Below are positions 1-13,740 of a stretch of DNA of 64,000 nucleotides, piece after piece. The notes below the pieces were generated by a model. The model was not told where the DNA came from and ran no database searches. It worked only from the letters and a program-made list of their open reading frames with translations. The stretch is from Rhizophagus irregularis. Its lineage: Eukaryota. The stretch spans positions 1,984,001 to 2,048,000 of the forward strand of contig NC_089432.1 of the NCBI RefSeq assembly GCF_026210795.1. Reading direction: 5' to 3'. Both the position numbers and the translations under genes were made by a program. Position 1 is the first letter of the stretch. The number at the start of each line of letters is the position of its first letter.

Positions 1-1234
1 TGATTGTACAGAGGGTGACTATAGAGGTAGGGCGGATTGTATATGTTTCCGATCTCCTTGTGCATAATAACTCTCGGATTATCATCGCCTCAAATTTCAC
101 AATACACGATTGCCTACTGTACAATAAAATCTTAATTATATTGGAATCATCCATATTATTTTTACTATACATTATATGCAATATAAAGAATATTTGTGCA
201 AAAGTTTCAAGTTTGGCAGATGCGTATTCATCTTCACATATCAATTTTTGACTGATGATCGGGAAAAATGACTGAATTATCAAATTATACTAATAATCAC
301 ATAATTAAAATTATATAATAATTTAATGCTTTAACTTGGATTTCCATTATTTTTTGCCACATTACAATATTTTTCTTGTCCTTCTTCTAATGGCGCTTCG
401 CATTCTTGACAAATCCGTTCTTCGACCAAATTTTTCTTACTCGAACTCGCCATAAACCATTCGTCATCACTATCATATTCATGATTATCCCAATTTCCCA
501 ATCATTCCCTTCTTGTTTTCTCAATTCTTCTTTCCCCAATTTTTTAATATTAACCAAAAGATTTTTGTTAAAGTTCATTTTTATTCATTACTTTAGAAAT
601 ATTTGTGCTTTTCAACAAGTTAACCCTAGAATTAAATGATCGGAAAATGATCGGTAAGGTGATATAAGCATGTCCAACCATACGGATATGATATGATAAT
701 GGCTTTATCCTCTTATTCTTGTCCATTCTTTGGTCTTCCAATAGTATGATAATCTTTGCTGTTAATCGAATACCATCATGTATTGAAGAAAGAAATATCT
801 CTTGAACTATTTTTTGTTGTGTCATAGAAACTTCATTTATATCCAGAAAAATTCGAGCATATACTATGGTAAAATAAATTCATGAACATGAGTCTTAGTC
901 ATCAAAAGTTCACAAATCACAACGCAAATCAGCAGTCTGCCTGCGCCACATTAACAACAACCCATGCGTAGTGGTTTTCTTGATTTCCAAGGAATAAAAA
1001 CAATTGTTATTTATTGTGTGAAAAACTTAAAATGTTCCTAAGATTTTTAAATGTTGCCCTATACAAATTTATTATTATTGTATTAAAGTATCTGATTTTC
1101 ATTTTTATTTTTAAAAAGATATTTTTATTAATATTTTGTTGTCAAAACAAGTATTGATCGGTGAGTTTATCGTTTATACATAAAACGAAATACATTTAAT
1201 AGCCCAAATATTGAGCAAAAGTTCACAATAGTGC

Positions 1235-1386
1235 CGCAGTTACGAGGTCACGTGCGTCTAGCAACCGTATAAATCACATCACCTGAAGTGATCAACATGC
1301 ACAATTACGTTTTGGTAATAATCATACTTGGATTGCATAAAAAAAAAAAATATTAACTTCTCCAATAAAAGTCAAGAAGTTCAATA
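1235..1386 (+). promoter_or_regulatory. Upstream region conserved with kinase-Sel1 copy 2, including a CACGTG box
   Basis: CCGCAGTTACGAGGTCACGTGCGTC (1235) matches CCGCAGTTACGTGGTCACGTGTGTC (42736). Blocks GTTTTGGTAATA, TTGCATAAAAAAA and CAATAAAAGTCAAGAAG are shared in the same order. Confidence 0.55.
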
Positions 1387-3714
1387 ATGTCTAACAACAC
1401 TGAATCTAATGCACTTGTAAAATTTACCGAAAATTCAAATAATGAGTGGATTGAAGAAGCTATTGTAAAAGATTACATTAAATGTTATGAATTCAATTAT
1501 TTTAGTAATTTTCAAGAAATTGGTTTTGGAGGGTTTGGAAAAGTTTTTCGTGCAAATTGGAAGAGTTCTCATAATTATTTGGCATTAAAATCTTTTTTTA
1601 GTTTCAACAATACTACAATTAAAGAAATTATTAAAGAGGTAATAATATAATATTTTTTACATTATGATTTATATTTTCTAATTTAAAAAATTCTATTTAG
1701 TTTAAAATTCAGCGTGAAGTGGATTTTCATGATAATATTATTCATTTCTGTGGAGTTACGATAGGTGCAGCATACTTTCTTACTATACATAATTTGCTGA
1801 TATAATCTAAATTAAATAATTTTTTTTTTTTTTGTAAAGAAAACCAAAATGATAATTCGAAAAAGTATTGGTTAGTAATGGAATACGCAGACAGTGGTAC
1901 TCTTCAAGAATATTTGAAGGAACGTTTTGATAATCTTATCTGGAATAATAAATTTGATATGGCAAATCAGTTGGCTTGTGCTATATTATGCTTACATGAT
2001 GAAGGAATTATTCACCATGATTTGGTAATTCATTTGTTTACACTTTACTATTTTATATTCTGTCTGTTGAATCAATATTAATATTATTTATTAATAATAA
2101 ATAGAATTCCAAAAATGTGTTAGTTCATCAAAATATGATCAAATTGGCTGATTTTGGTTTATCAAAAAGAATTGAAGAATCATCTAACCTCCAATCTACA
2201 AATTTATATGGAAAAATTCCTTATATTGACCCAAAAAGTTTTAGTAATCAAGATTATAAATTAAATAAAAAAAGTGATATTTATAGTATTGGGGTACTTT
2301 TATGGGAGATATCTAGTGGCAATCCTCCTTTTTATTCTGAAGGCAAACCGTATGACGTTTGTTTAGCAATTGATATATCACAAGGCCTTAGAGAGACACC
2401 CATTCTTGATACACCCGAAGATTATACAAATATTTATACTGGTAAATGTAATTAATAATTACTTTTATGTTTATATTAATGTTAATTAAATTAATTCTAT
2501 CTATTTTTTTAGATTGTTGGAATAATGAACCAGATAATCGTCCAACTATCAATCAGGTTATCTCCAAATTAAATGCAATTATTTTAAATAACAGTAAAAA
2601 TACAATGATTATGAAGAACTTTCAGTCAAATGATTCTCATACAAATGTTCAATCATCAAGTAAACAACTTAATTTGAAAGCTTTTGAAGATTTTGATAAG
2701 AATTTACCACATGGAGAATTATCTAAAATTATTCAAAAGTTTAACAAGATTAATATCGAAGAAATAGAACCTTCAATGACATCAGATTATTACTTTAAAA
2801 CGATAGTTGATGAAATGGTTGAACTTCTTAATAAGACACTAGAGGAAGGAAAGGATAGACGAAACATTTATGATTATTTTAATAATTATGATATGACTTC
2901 ACAAGAAATTTATATTTGGCTTTTAAATAATCAACATTACTCAAATTCAATTGTTTTACTTGGAGATTTTAATTACTTAGGAATTGAGATTAATGTTGAT
3001 AAAAATAAGGCATTTGAATTATATCAAAACTCATCAGATTTAGAAAATGCATATGGAATAAATAATTTAGGATATTGTTATCAACATGGAATTGGAATTG
3101 ATATTGATGAAAAAAAGGCATTTGAATTATATCAAAAGTCATCAGATTTAGGAAATGTATATGGAATAAATAATTTAGGATATTGTTATCAACATGGGAC
3201 AGGAACTGATATTGATGAAGAAAAGGCATTTGAATTATATCAAAAGGCAGCAGATTTAGGAGATGCATATGGAATAAATAATTTAGCATATTGTTATCAA
3301 AATGAAATTGGGACTTATCTTGATCGGGAAAAGGCATTTGAATTATATCAAAAAGCAGCAGATTTAGGAGATGCATGTGGAATAAATAATTTAGGTGATT
3401 GTTATCAAAATGGAATTGGAACTGATAAAGATTTAAAAAAGGCAATTGAATTATATCAAAAGTCAGCAGATTTAGGAAATGTATATGGAATAGAGTCTTT
3501 AATATATTACTATCAACAAAAGATTGCAACTGATATAGATAAAAAAAAGGCATTTGAATTATATCAAAAGGCAGCAGATTTAGGAAGTGCATGTGGATTA
3601 TATAATTTAGGAATTTGCTATAAATATGGGATTGGAACTGATATAAATGAAAAAAAGGCATTTGAATTATATCAAAAGGCGTCAGATTCATTAGGGTATA
3701 CAGTAATAATGTAG
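1387..3714 (+). CDS. TKL-type protein kinase with C-terminal Sel1-like repeats (copy 1; 5 exons, 3' end truncated)
   Basis: GT-AG exons read by eye: 1387-1638, 1701-1764, 1840-2024, 2105-2441, 2513-3714. Motifs GFGGFGKV, ALK, IIHHDL|NSKN, KLADFG, SDIYSIG, then 36-aa Sel1 repeats (KAFELYQKAADLG..GINNLGYCY). The array ends abruptly at ...QKASDSLGYTVIM*. Confidence 0.9.
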
Positions 3715-4919
3715 TGTATAATTAACACTGTATGTATAGTATATTATAATTTTCAACGTATGTAATGTATGGTTAGTTATGTCTGTATTGTATAACAAAT
3801 GTAGCAATTTCATTATTGTCTAATAAATATGGAAATATGGTAACTTACACACAATTACTGTTACTAAATTTAACTTTTTTTTTGTAAAAAAAATAATAAA
3901 GCATTATGTAAATTATCTATATCAGGTTTTTTTACATGATTTATTTGATTTATTACATAATTTATATAGTAATAATAAAACAATTAACGTGCAATCTTAT
4001 TGTGCTTCACTTTTATATAATAATAACAATTAATGCGCAGTCTCATTGTGCTTTAACACACAGTCTTATTGTGCTTCATCACGAAGTTAAGAAATCATTT
4101 AACCTATATTTATTAAACACAATTATTTAATAAATATTAAAAATCAGTATTTATCGAGTATTAATAGTTTATATGTATTTATTTGTATTTAAACAAGTAT
4201 TTATTTATTACTATATTATAATATAAATAAAATATTAATTATAAATACTTTATAATTACTATTTAAAAAAATGCTTAAAAAATACTTTAATTTAATACTT
4301 GTTTTTTACTGTAAAATAAAATATTAACTTAGTATTTAGATTTATTATTAAAAAAGCATTTAAAAATTAAGCAATTACCTAGCAATATTTAATATATTTA
4401 TTTACATAAAAAACTTCTGCCTCATTAAATTTTGATATAATATGTACTATATTTGCAATTGAAGCAATAGGAATTAAAGTATAATGTTCAACATGTTTAA
4501 GAATTGCACATGATTTATAAAAATAATGATTATGTTGTATATTATTAGTTGAATCTGCAAAATCATACCAATAAACAAGTGCGAGTTCCAAATTCTTATT
4601 CAATTTTGTTGATATAATTCAAATTATAAGAAGAACCTAATAAAATAACGGTTTTTATTTTTTGCGCATCTGCGTAAAATTTCAGGGTGCACAAAAATTT
4701 ATTAATATTAATTAAACTTAAAATTTTACGCATGTATAAAAATTAATATAAAAAATTAAAAAATCTTTGCAATGCGCACATTTTTTTATACGCGCCCCTG
4801 TAATAATATTATCGCTATATATATTTGAATTACATAACATTAATAATAACATTAATAACATTAGATATTTAGATTATTTATTGTAATATTGTAATACATT
4901 CCGGCGACCGAAGGGAGCC

Positions 4920-4989
4920 GGGCCGAAATTACTACTGTAATTCAAGCTGGCCTGTAGGCCGGCTTGAATTACAGTAGTAATTTTGGCCC
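4920..4989. repeat. Near-perfect 70-bp palindrome abutting the MULE stop codon
   Basis: GGGCCGAAATTACTACTGTAATTCAAGCTGGCCT-GT-AGGCCGGCTTGAATTACAGTAGTAATTTTGGCCC has two mismatches, both G-T compatible on the + strand. Confidence 0.9.
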
Positions 4990-7563
4990 TTAATTTTGTT
5001 TTCTTTTCTTCCTATTAGGATTTGATGGACAAGTTGCGCGATTATGTCCTACATTATAGCATAATCCACATTTATTCTGAGTTCGTCCACCAATAATTTC
5101 ATTAGAATGAGATGAATTTTCTAGAGGTCCTTTGAATCTTGCAGTTCCTGGTGGTCTTCCTTTAGGACGCCTAATTATTGGATTTCCAATTTGATTTTGA
5201 TGCGTAGTTTCCTGATCAACTTCTAATTCATCTTGATTTTCCATATTATCGGATTGTTCTAGTGTTAAAGCTTCACTATTCTTTTTATTAATATATTCTT
5301 TAAGTAAATCAATAAATGATTCATCACAAGTCTTGCAAGCAATCTGATTAGCTTGCTTAACTAATCCATGTACATTAGCATAATATAGGCATTGTTTATT
5401 GAAAGAAACATATGGGGTACTAATTGAATTACTTGAAACATTATCTATTACATCAAGGAATTCAAGAGAATTATTAGATTCTAACAATGAAGTTTCTAAA
5501 TTAGTATTAAATTTTGAAGCAGAATAAAGTGGCCGATTTTTGATATCATTCAAATGTGTAGTAATAAACCAACGTGAATTGATAAATCCTATATGAAACT
5601 GAGCCTGTGAAGTTCGTAGCATTATACTAAAATAATGTCTACAAACAATCCCACGAGTTACCAAAGACATACAGGAACATTTATATATTCCATTTTTTAA
5701 TAAAATAACAAGATGGTGTATTCCAGATGACATTAAATGATTAACACCCCAAAGATTTTTAATAGAGGATTGGTTACACATTGATAAAAGCTGATGAAAA
5801 GTAATTTGTCGAATTTCCTGATTCTCAATAAAGCCATCAGCAAATGACCAATCCTAAAAATCAATGTTAAATTAAAGATTCAGGCATTTTTTTAATCAGA
5901 TATATTTGATAATACTGACCTGTGATGTTTCATTTTTTATGTAAGATTGATCTAATACCCTTGCATCATAATTAAATGCCATTTCCATTTCACTGTAATG
6001 TACTTTTTGAATTTGTGGAGTAACAAACAACTTAAGTTCATCAATTATATTAGTAAAAGCATTTGAAGCAATAGTAGAGGACTGATTACATGGAAGAGAA
6101 CTTTTCCAATTAATATAATCGTTATTATCTTCTTCCTCTTCTAATCGTTCTTGAACTGCATGAAATATATCAATAAGTGTGCTATTTGAATTAAATAATA
6201 ATCTTTTAAAAGTAGCATTAACTGATTCACAGCGTGATGTTGTTTGTATATCGATTGTAAAAATATTATTGTTAAATGCACAAGCCCAAGATTTCTTTGA
6301 TGGATAAAGACTTCTTTCAAGGTAACTAGCTGTATTTGGATATTTGACAAGTAAATCTGACCATTTTTGTTCAAATATTTCTTCAACTAAACTATTTCGG
6401 CATTCATAAAAATCTTTTTTAAACTGATCAAATAATTCACCAAGTTTAGATTTAAGCCGTAATGGTAAATTTTGGCTGATGTGCCAAATGCAATGTATTG
6501 GAAAAGTTGAAGGATATTTTAGCAGAATAGCAGCATCCATTCCAGGGTCAGCATCTGTTATAAAAACTTTTGGAGTAATTCCTGTAGCGTCTAATGTACA
6601 TTGAAGTACCCAAGCATACGCATCTTTTGTTTCTCTATCCATTAATGCTTGTGCTACAATCCGAGATTTCATGTTGTTATCAATTGCAACAAAAAAGGAA
6701 AGAGCCATTTCATACCGATTTGTTTTTGCAGTATTATCATTAAGGATTACATCACTATAGTGATGCCAAGTTTCCAATTGTTCTGGACTCATCCAAAAGA
6801 TCCTAGTTAATGTGTTTGTTTCATGATCCCAGTCTTTATAAATTATCCAACGAGGGTCTTTTTCTTTAAGTGTTTCAAGATACACAAAGAGCTGGGAAAC
6901 ATCATTATTACCTAATTGAGGATTATTTTTCCGATGTTTATAGATGACTTTATAGAGGTCTTGATTGTAAATCTTCCTATTGTATTTAGCTTTCAACATA
7001 CGCTTGATAGACAATGGCTTCAAATGACCATAAATACACATCCACTCTATATCATCTAACATAGGCTTTGTAAAAGCCTTATTCATTTCAAAACAAGTTA
7101 AAAAAGGATCCAAATTGTGTCCAAAATGCTCATTGAGTAGTGTAGTGACGTAAATAGTTTTATTTGGATTATTTTTAATAGGTCGGGAAAGATTAATGTG
7201 CCAGTTACAATTGGTTCAATGAGTTTTTGAAGGCTTGTTTTTATTCTTTTTTGCTTCATTGTTATATATACCCTCACAATTACATACTATTGTTTGTTTC
7301 CTACGTTCATTTTCCACTTTCACACATCTTCCTTGTCGAATAAAAAAGCCTTGTTGGAGTGACCATCTTTTAATATAGTCATATGCAGATTTCCAAGTAA
7401 AAAATGTCATACCAACTTCTAATGTTAAATCATCACTAGAATTATCAATAGTTTCGATAAAACATTCCTCTTCATCACTATCCTCCGGAATATTATTAAA
7501 AAACTCATCGGTAAAGGTTTTTGCATCAGAATTATCACTAAAAATGGAGTCTGAGTCATCCAT
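4990..7563 (-). pseudogene. FAR1/MULE transposase with SWIM finger, AT-hook-like motif and CCHC knuckle; one premature stop
   Basis: The frame is continuous from 7563 through TGA (7216-7218) into the 405-aa ORF; intron 5854-5919. Motifs DNTAKTN, FITDADPG, HCIWHI, TTSRCESVN, CSC..GIVCRH, KGRPP, CGLCYNVGHNRATC. Confidence 0.9.
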
Positions 7564-7950
7564 ATTGGTTTGAGGGAGGTAAAAATAAAGGAAAAATTAA
7601 AATATTAATTATGAAATAAAGGAGAAGAGGAGAAGTGATAAGAAAAATAATCAGCGAAGCCACAATAAGCTTAATAATGATCTGATCACGTGTACATGAG
7701 AAATAAAAATATAAAAATTTAAATTGACCCCGTGCACACTAAAATTGATACGCACGGGATGCGTAATATGCATGGTGCGTAAAATACAAATCTCTATAAA
7801 ATAATATTAAATTATTTATTATGATAATTAATTTATTAATATATGACAATTAATTTTACCTTTGCATAATATAAGCCATTATCTGTCCAATAATCATTTT
7901 GCTCTGATTCATCCATTTCAACACAAACATCTGAAAATATAGCTTGTGAC

Positions 7951-8560
7951 TAGAGTTCCGAATGGGTCAGGTCAGGTCAGATAAATTGATAAACCTGACC
8001 TGAAATTTTTTTTCAGGTCAGGTCAGGTCAGGTCATATCAGGTTATCTATTTGACCTGACCTGAACTGAAACCTGAAAATTTTCAGGATTTATATTAAAA
8101 ATATCAAAAAAAAATGGTGCAAAACATTTTTTTTGAAATATTGCGATTCAGTTTTTTATATTAAAATCGTATAAAAAGGTGAATTGCAATGCCGCAACTA
8201 ACTTTTTAAATATAAAATCAATATAAAAAAGTGAATTCTGATACCGCAATTCACTTTTTATATATAAAATCGATATAAAAAAGTGAATTCTGATACCGCA
8301 ATTCACTTTTTATATATAAAATCAATATAAAAAAGTGAATTCTGATACCGCAATTCACTAATATTATATAAAATCAATGTAAAAAAGTGATTCCCAATAT
8401 CGCAATTCACTTTTATTATATAAAATCAATATAAAAAGTGAATTATAATACCATAATTCACTTATAATATAAAATCATAGTTTCAGGTCAACAGGTCATT
8501 CAGGTTATATTGATGTTACAACCTGAACTGATGCTGAATTGCAATTGCTAAACCTGGGTC
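7951..8560. mobile_element. hAT-like non-autonomous element remnant with GGTCA subterminal repeats and an internal 52-bp tandem array
   Basis: Starts TAGAGTTCCG, followed by CAGGT/ACCTG repeats. GTGAATTCTGATACCGCAATTCAC recurs at 8231, 8283 and 8335. No right TIR found. Confidence 0.5.
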
Positions 8561-8905
8561 GGATTTTTGGTTAGACTTTTGGTTAGACCTGTTGTCCCAG
8601 ATTTTTTCATATAGCAGGAAAAGCTTTAAAACATATCTAGTTGTTTTCCTGTTAAAAATTTTTGGTTAGAGCATGAATGGCTTAAATCATTAAATGAATC
8701 CCTTTTAGAGTATCATAAAAATAGTATGCCACAATGGATTGCTGAATCGTGCCATCAGTATTACAGACACTTCGTGTCCTTCATACCTTTGGCACTTATA
8801 AAGACAATCTGATATAGCATAAAATTATGATACTTTGGAATGGATTCATGCGTGCTAATAATGCTTAGGAATATATGATTTTAATCTTATTTACAATACT
8901 TGGTG

Positions 8906-9349
8906 TAGGGATCGGAAAAGATTTGATTAAAATCGAAACTATTGAAAATCGATAAGAATCGATTTTAAATCGAATCTCGAATAAAAATCGAATCTACTTA
9001 TTGTGGCGCAGTTTTGTTAATTTGACCGTAAATTATTATTTGTTCATAATAGTTAATTTTGGCCAAATTCATAATTCTACCCGCTAATCACGTGACAGAA
9101 CACAAACTTCCTAAAAAGGAAATTTTATCTCCCAATAAAATTCAAGTTGCCATCGCACAAGGTTGTACAAATTTCCAAAAAAGGAAATTTGTTCATCGAT
9201 CACTGTAATTTTTTTTGTAATTATGTGATATGTGTTTAAACACACCTATTATAAATAGTATAAAAAAAAATCAGTATTTGCAAAACAATTAATCGCGATT
9301 AATCGATTTTAGAATTGATTCTAATAATGGGAATCGATTCCAATCCCTA
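8906..9349. mobile_element. hAT-type MITE (TAGGGAT termini)
   Basis: TAGGGATCGGAA...TTCCAATCCCTA with AATCGA internal repeats. Flanks CTTGGTG/CTTGGGG are a degenerate TSD. Confidence 0.7.
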
Positions 9350-9745
9350 CTTGGGGTTCTTTATAGCTATCAAGTAATATCATATCAGGAATCAAGGTGA
9401 GGTGATCTGGGGATAGAAAAACAGGTATAGTGTTATCATATCAGAAAACAAGGCGAGGTGGTCTGGGGATACCTTAAATTATGGTTATACCTATGTGATA
9501 GCTGCTGTTCCAGAACCCCAAGTTTGTCCTACTCATACAATACAAATTTATGTTCAAAATGGCACATAATTAAAATATATTAAATATAACTTTATATAAA
9601 AAAATGGCACTTATTTAGCACAAATTTAGATATAAAAATAGTATAAATTTATATACAAAAATAGCTTAAAGCTGGACTACAACTTGAATAAACTTAAAAT
9701 ATATACAATCAAATTTTGTGCCAAATGGGCTCATTGTATAGTGTA

Positions 9746-9990
9746 TAAGGTTGCTGGAGAAACTAGGGGGTTTTGGCAAGTTGGCAAAATGCTGAAATAG
9801 TGAAATTTTGCCAAAACTATATGAAAGTCTTATTAAAAAGTTAGCGAAACTCTGGAGAAAAGCGAAACCTGACAAAACTTATTATAAATGCCAAAACTGC
9901 CAAAACCTTGCCAAAACTATAATAAAACTATAGTAAAATCTTAGAGAAACTAATCATAGAATTTTGGAGAGGTTTAGGCAGGCAACTTTA
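9746..9990. mobile_element. hAT-type MITE (TAAGGTTGC family)
   Basis: 8-bp TSD ATAGTGTA at 9738-9745 and 9991-9998. Its right end is the reverse complement of the left end of the 23887-24108 element. Confidence 0.85.
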
Positions 9991-10399
9991 ATAGTGTATA
10001 ACTTATGGATATATATTTAGTACAAATTGATGCAAAAACTTTTTATTGGGTTATCAGATGTTGAATGATAACATTTTATATTTTCATTTCGCTATTCACA
10101 TTTTTATTAATCTTGTTATATTTAACACAAATTATTAGACTTAAATTTTTTTTAAAAAAATAATTTGAAATTGTAAATTAAAAATATTATCTCATTTAAA
10201 AGAATGACTAACTTTTAATAGATACTGTTTCAGTTACTATTATTATTAAAAATTGCAGGTTTGATACTATATATAATTTACAATCTTATATTTGAATGAT
10301 TTATAAGTGATTAAGTGCATTAAACTTTTAGTAAAGTTCTTTTTGAATATGTAAAAATGTTAATCATTTAATTTTGTGATGAAGCAATGAATTAAAACT

Positions 10400-13300
10400 T
10401 TATATTATTACAAATGATTCATCTTATGCATCCATTAAAATGTGAATGGTTGCCTTATGATGATAATTATCCATATCTTCTTTTAGAAGAATATCCAGAA
10501 TGTGAACCTGAATTATTATTAACATTTTATACTAGACCTCCTAAACATATTGCTGTATATAAATCCTGTAAAAATTTTAACAATAGATATAGATTTCCAT
10601 TTCTTTATCCTATTCCAAATGTAATTAGTATAGGATTTATTAGATAAGTTATTAAGAATAGACTATTAGTTGTATGAAAGGATTGATTTAGTAGTATCAT
10701 GTGATCATTATGTGAGAAGTGGTACAATAATGTAATGATGAAGCAACATGAGGCTTAGATGATGTAATACTATAAGGCTTAGACTATGAGGCTTAGATGA
10801 TGTAATGCTATAAAGCTTAGGCTATGAGGCTTAGATGATGTAATGCTTAGTTGGAAGGCTTAGATGATGTAATGTTTAGTTGGAAGGTTTAGTTAGAAAT
10901 TTGAAGGAAATTTAAGAATTAGAAGATTAGGAATTAGGAGATAATGGTTATAAAAATAGGTAGAATTTGATAGATATTCTGTAGTTCTTTTGAGCTCAAG
11001 TCTTTTAGACTCTTAATTACTGTAGCTTTGGCTCAAGTTCTTTTATAAAATAAAGATATTAATTATTAAAAGTTATTTTGAATATGCTCATGGTTTGCCT
11101 GAGAGTTAATTAATATTAATCTTAAATCCAGAAATAATATCATCATATAAAATAATGTTGAAAGACATGAATGTTAGAGTTCTGTTAGTCTGAATTTAAT
11201 ATATTTAATGAACAATAGAGAATGAAATTATTGAAGTTTTAAATTATAATTAAAAACCTAAACCAAGCATATTGAATTTATTGCTAGAGTATATTATTAT
11301 AGTTTACCAATAGTGGCAGATGTTGGTGACAGTGCCTATCTTAAAGAAAATCCATCTAATAATTCTTAGCTTGATGATACATTGATTAAAGCAGCTGATT
11401 GGTTAAACAAAATAATTCTTTTTTAAAATAATTATTCTCAACTTTTAGATTTTCCAAGTTCACAAACAGCTAATCCATTCCATAGTGCTTACCATTTACC
11501 TGATGATGATTCTGCACCACCATATTTACCTAATAATATTGTAGTGCCTAATGTTAATTTTAATGTTAAAATTCATAATGAAGATTATCATTATACTCAT
11601 TTAATGGCAGGTTTTTGTTAAAACATCTGATAATACTTTATTACCATTAGCTATAAATGATCATAATTTAGAAGCTTTATTATTTCCTAATTTATTTCCT
11701 AATGGAAAAAAACATTATCATGATAATAATTCTAATTCAAAATCAACATGTGATGAAACTTGTTCCAAATATATTAAACAACAAGTACTTAACATTGATT
11801 CACATTTTAGACTTCATTCCAAATGGTTAGCATTACAATTAGAAAAAATTTGAAATCATCAAAATAATCAATGTATTTGGAGGTAAAATCAGGCTGATAA
11901 AATTTATCATCTACCAACTGCAGCAGAGATTATTAAACAATCATCTTATTCTGAAAATTTAATAATAGATGAATCAATTTACCTACATTTATCTGTACTG
12001 GTGATAAATACAATGATATCATCATATGGATTATTATCATCATTTATTACTCTTACAATGCTAAAAGTCACTGGAAACATTTGCATAAAATTTTAAAAGT
12101 AACAGATAATAATGATACCATTCCAACAAATAGATTATTACATACATACTACATTACACTTTATTCATCATTTACAACAACTTAAAAATTATATTTGGAA
12201 AAATCCAGAACATTCTGAATGGGATAATATAAATCATTTGTTTGAAAGAGTAGAATTTCAAAATTGTGGTGCTGCACATACTTATGATGTATATGTATTG
12301 GACTTCAAAAAGTATTGAACAAATGATAAATGAAAATCTTATAAGATTTGATCTTTCAGATCTAAATACTGAACCTGATTTATATGAAAAGTTAAAGCAA
12401 ATCAAATTCATATATGCAGTTCAAAATGTGAAGGTCCAGCTGCTCCAGGACATACTTATAAAAAAGGATTTCCTTGTTCTTATTTTTTATATATGTATTT
12501 TGGTACTGATACTTAACAATGTATATACAAATGCATAAAACCTGAAGACCAATGGATAGTTCCTTATCATTCTCAAACTTTAATGATTTGGGATGCTCTT
12601 ATTTAACAAAATATATAGCAAAAGCTGAGCCTACTCATGTTTTTAATATTAAAGAAGGTGACAAATTTAGAGAACATGTAGTAGTTCACAGATTAGGTTC
12701 TATGGAATTGATATTCTTATTATAAGGTGAAACAATTTGTAATTCTTCATGTGCTGTTACTTATCTTACAAAGATCCTCCTACAAATCAACAAAAAGCTA
12801 TTTGTCCTATTTTTTTAATTAATGAAAATGATAATGGAAAAATCATAGTGAAAAATATTTTGATCATTCAGATGATGATGAATTTACTAATATAATATAT
12901 TCAGAATATTTTCAAAATTATGAAATAACAATGACTCATCCAACTACCAGACATTCAGTTTATATTGACGAATTAGGAAATTATGTAGTTAAAAGAACTG
13001 TACCAAAATTAGTTAGATTTTATTACTTAACTTTATATAATGGACAATTATTTTTTTATTAAAAATTATTACTTGAAATTCCTTGTAAAAGTGAAGAAGA
13101 ACTTCTTGTAAACTTTTTAACATATTAAGAGCATTGGTTATCTCATCATCCTGAATTTAATGAAACATTACAACAAATTACACAAGATTATTTGCATTCT
13201 CAGCAACTAAAATTGGATTCTCAATTTATCCAAATTTTAGATTATTTAATTAACAATTTACAACCTATTCTTCCTTCTGTAGTATCTAAACTTATTAGTA

Positions 13301-13740
13301 TCTTTAACAATTAATCCTCCAATTCTTCCTCAATGCAATATATTAAATCTTTCAGAAGATCAGTTAAATGCACTATCTACTATTTGCAATACTTTAGGTC
13401 CTAGACATCAAAAAAATAAATATTCTTATTTTTTTGTAACTGGTTCAGCTGGTACTGGAAAGTCATTTATAATTAACTTAATAGTTAAAAATTTAAAAAA
13501 CAAAGAATCAAATTATTTGTTATTAGCCCCAACTGGTGTAGCAGCAACAAATATTGGAGGTGAAACATACATTCTGCATTAAGAATATGTGAAACACTTG
13601 GTGGATTTTAATCTTTAGCTTTTTATGATCTTGATTTTTTTAAATATTTAAGAACTATTAATACTTTAATAATTGGTGAAATTTCAATGGTATCTAGTGC
13701 ACTTTTTAGTTTTATTTATAATATGTTTTCAGTCAAGCAA
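10400..13740 (+). pseudogene. Decayed Helitron RepHel (HUH Rep + PIF1 helicase)
   Basis: Rep motif FERVEFQNCGAAHT (~12240). Walker A VTGSAGTGKS (~13436), LAPTGVAATNIGGET and GEISMVS follow. Many stops and frameshifts. The 10414 ORF is tentatively the N-terminal part. Confidence 0.85.
10671..11149 (+). mobile_element. Possible solo LTR with internal tandem repeats, interrupting the Helitron remnant
   Basis: Begins TGTATGA and ends TCATATA (one transition from TCATACA). AGGCTTAGATGATGTAAT repeats at ~10750-10875, TATAAAA ~10949, AATAAA ~11049. No TSD seen. Confidence 0.4.

Larger units (their letters stand above)
4649..7795 (-). mobile_element. MULE (Mutator-like) DNA transposon
   Basis: 9-bp TSD ATAAAATAA at 4640-4648 and 7796-7804. 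Imperfect TIRs (CGGTTTTTATTTTTTGCGCAT versus reverse complement AGAGATTTGTATTTTACGCAC). Encloses the MULE transposase. Confidence 0.75.
4379..7949 (-). pseudogene. 3' fragment of a Plavaka-like transposon gene, split by a MULE inserted in its intron
   Basis: Exon ~7949-7860 gives QAIFSDVCVEMDESEQNDYWTDNGLYYAK|gt. Exon ~4635-4379 gives ag|VLLII*...LELALVYWYDF...IVHIISKF...FYVNKY. Family assignment is from my recall of this C-terminal pattern in Glomeromycota repeats. Confidence 0.6.

Noticed and set aside
380..900. Minus-strand ORF fragments
   Set aside because: Possibly a decayed gene, but I recognised no motif.
2990..3691. 233-aa minus-strand repetitive ORF (also 44916-45176 and 45228-45548)
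   Set aside because: Antisense shadows of the Sel1 repeat arrays.
7216..7218. Alternative genetic code (TGA as sense)
   Set aside because: The three TGAs replace different inferred residues (Arg, Arg, Trp), and TGA is the normal stop of the kinase at 34870.
8160..8475. CRISPR-like appearance of palindromic repeats
   Set aside because: Eukaryotic context, no unique spacers, no cas genes.
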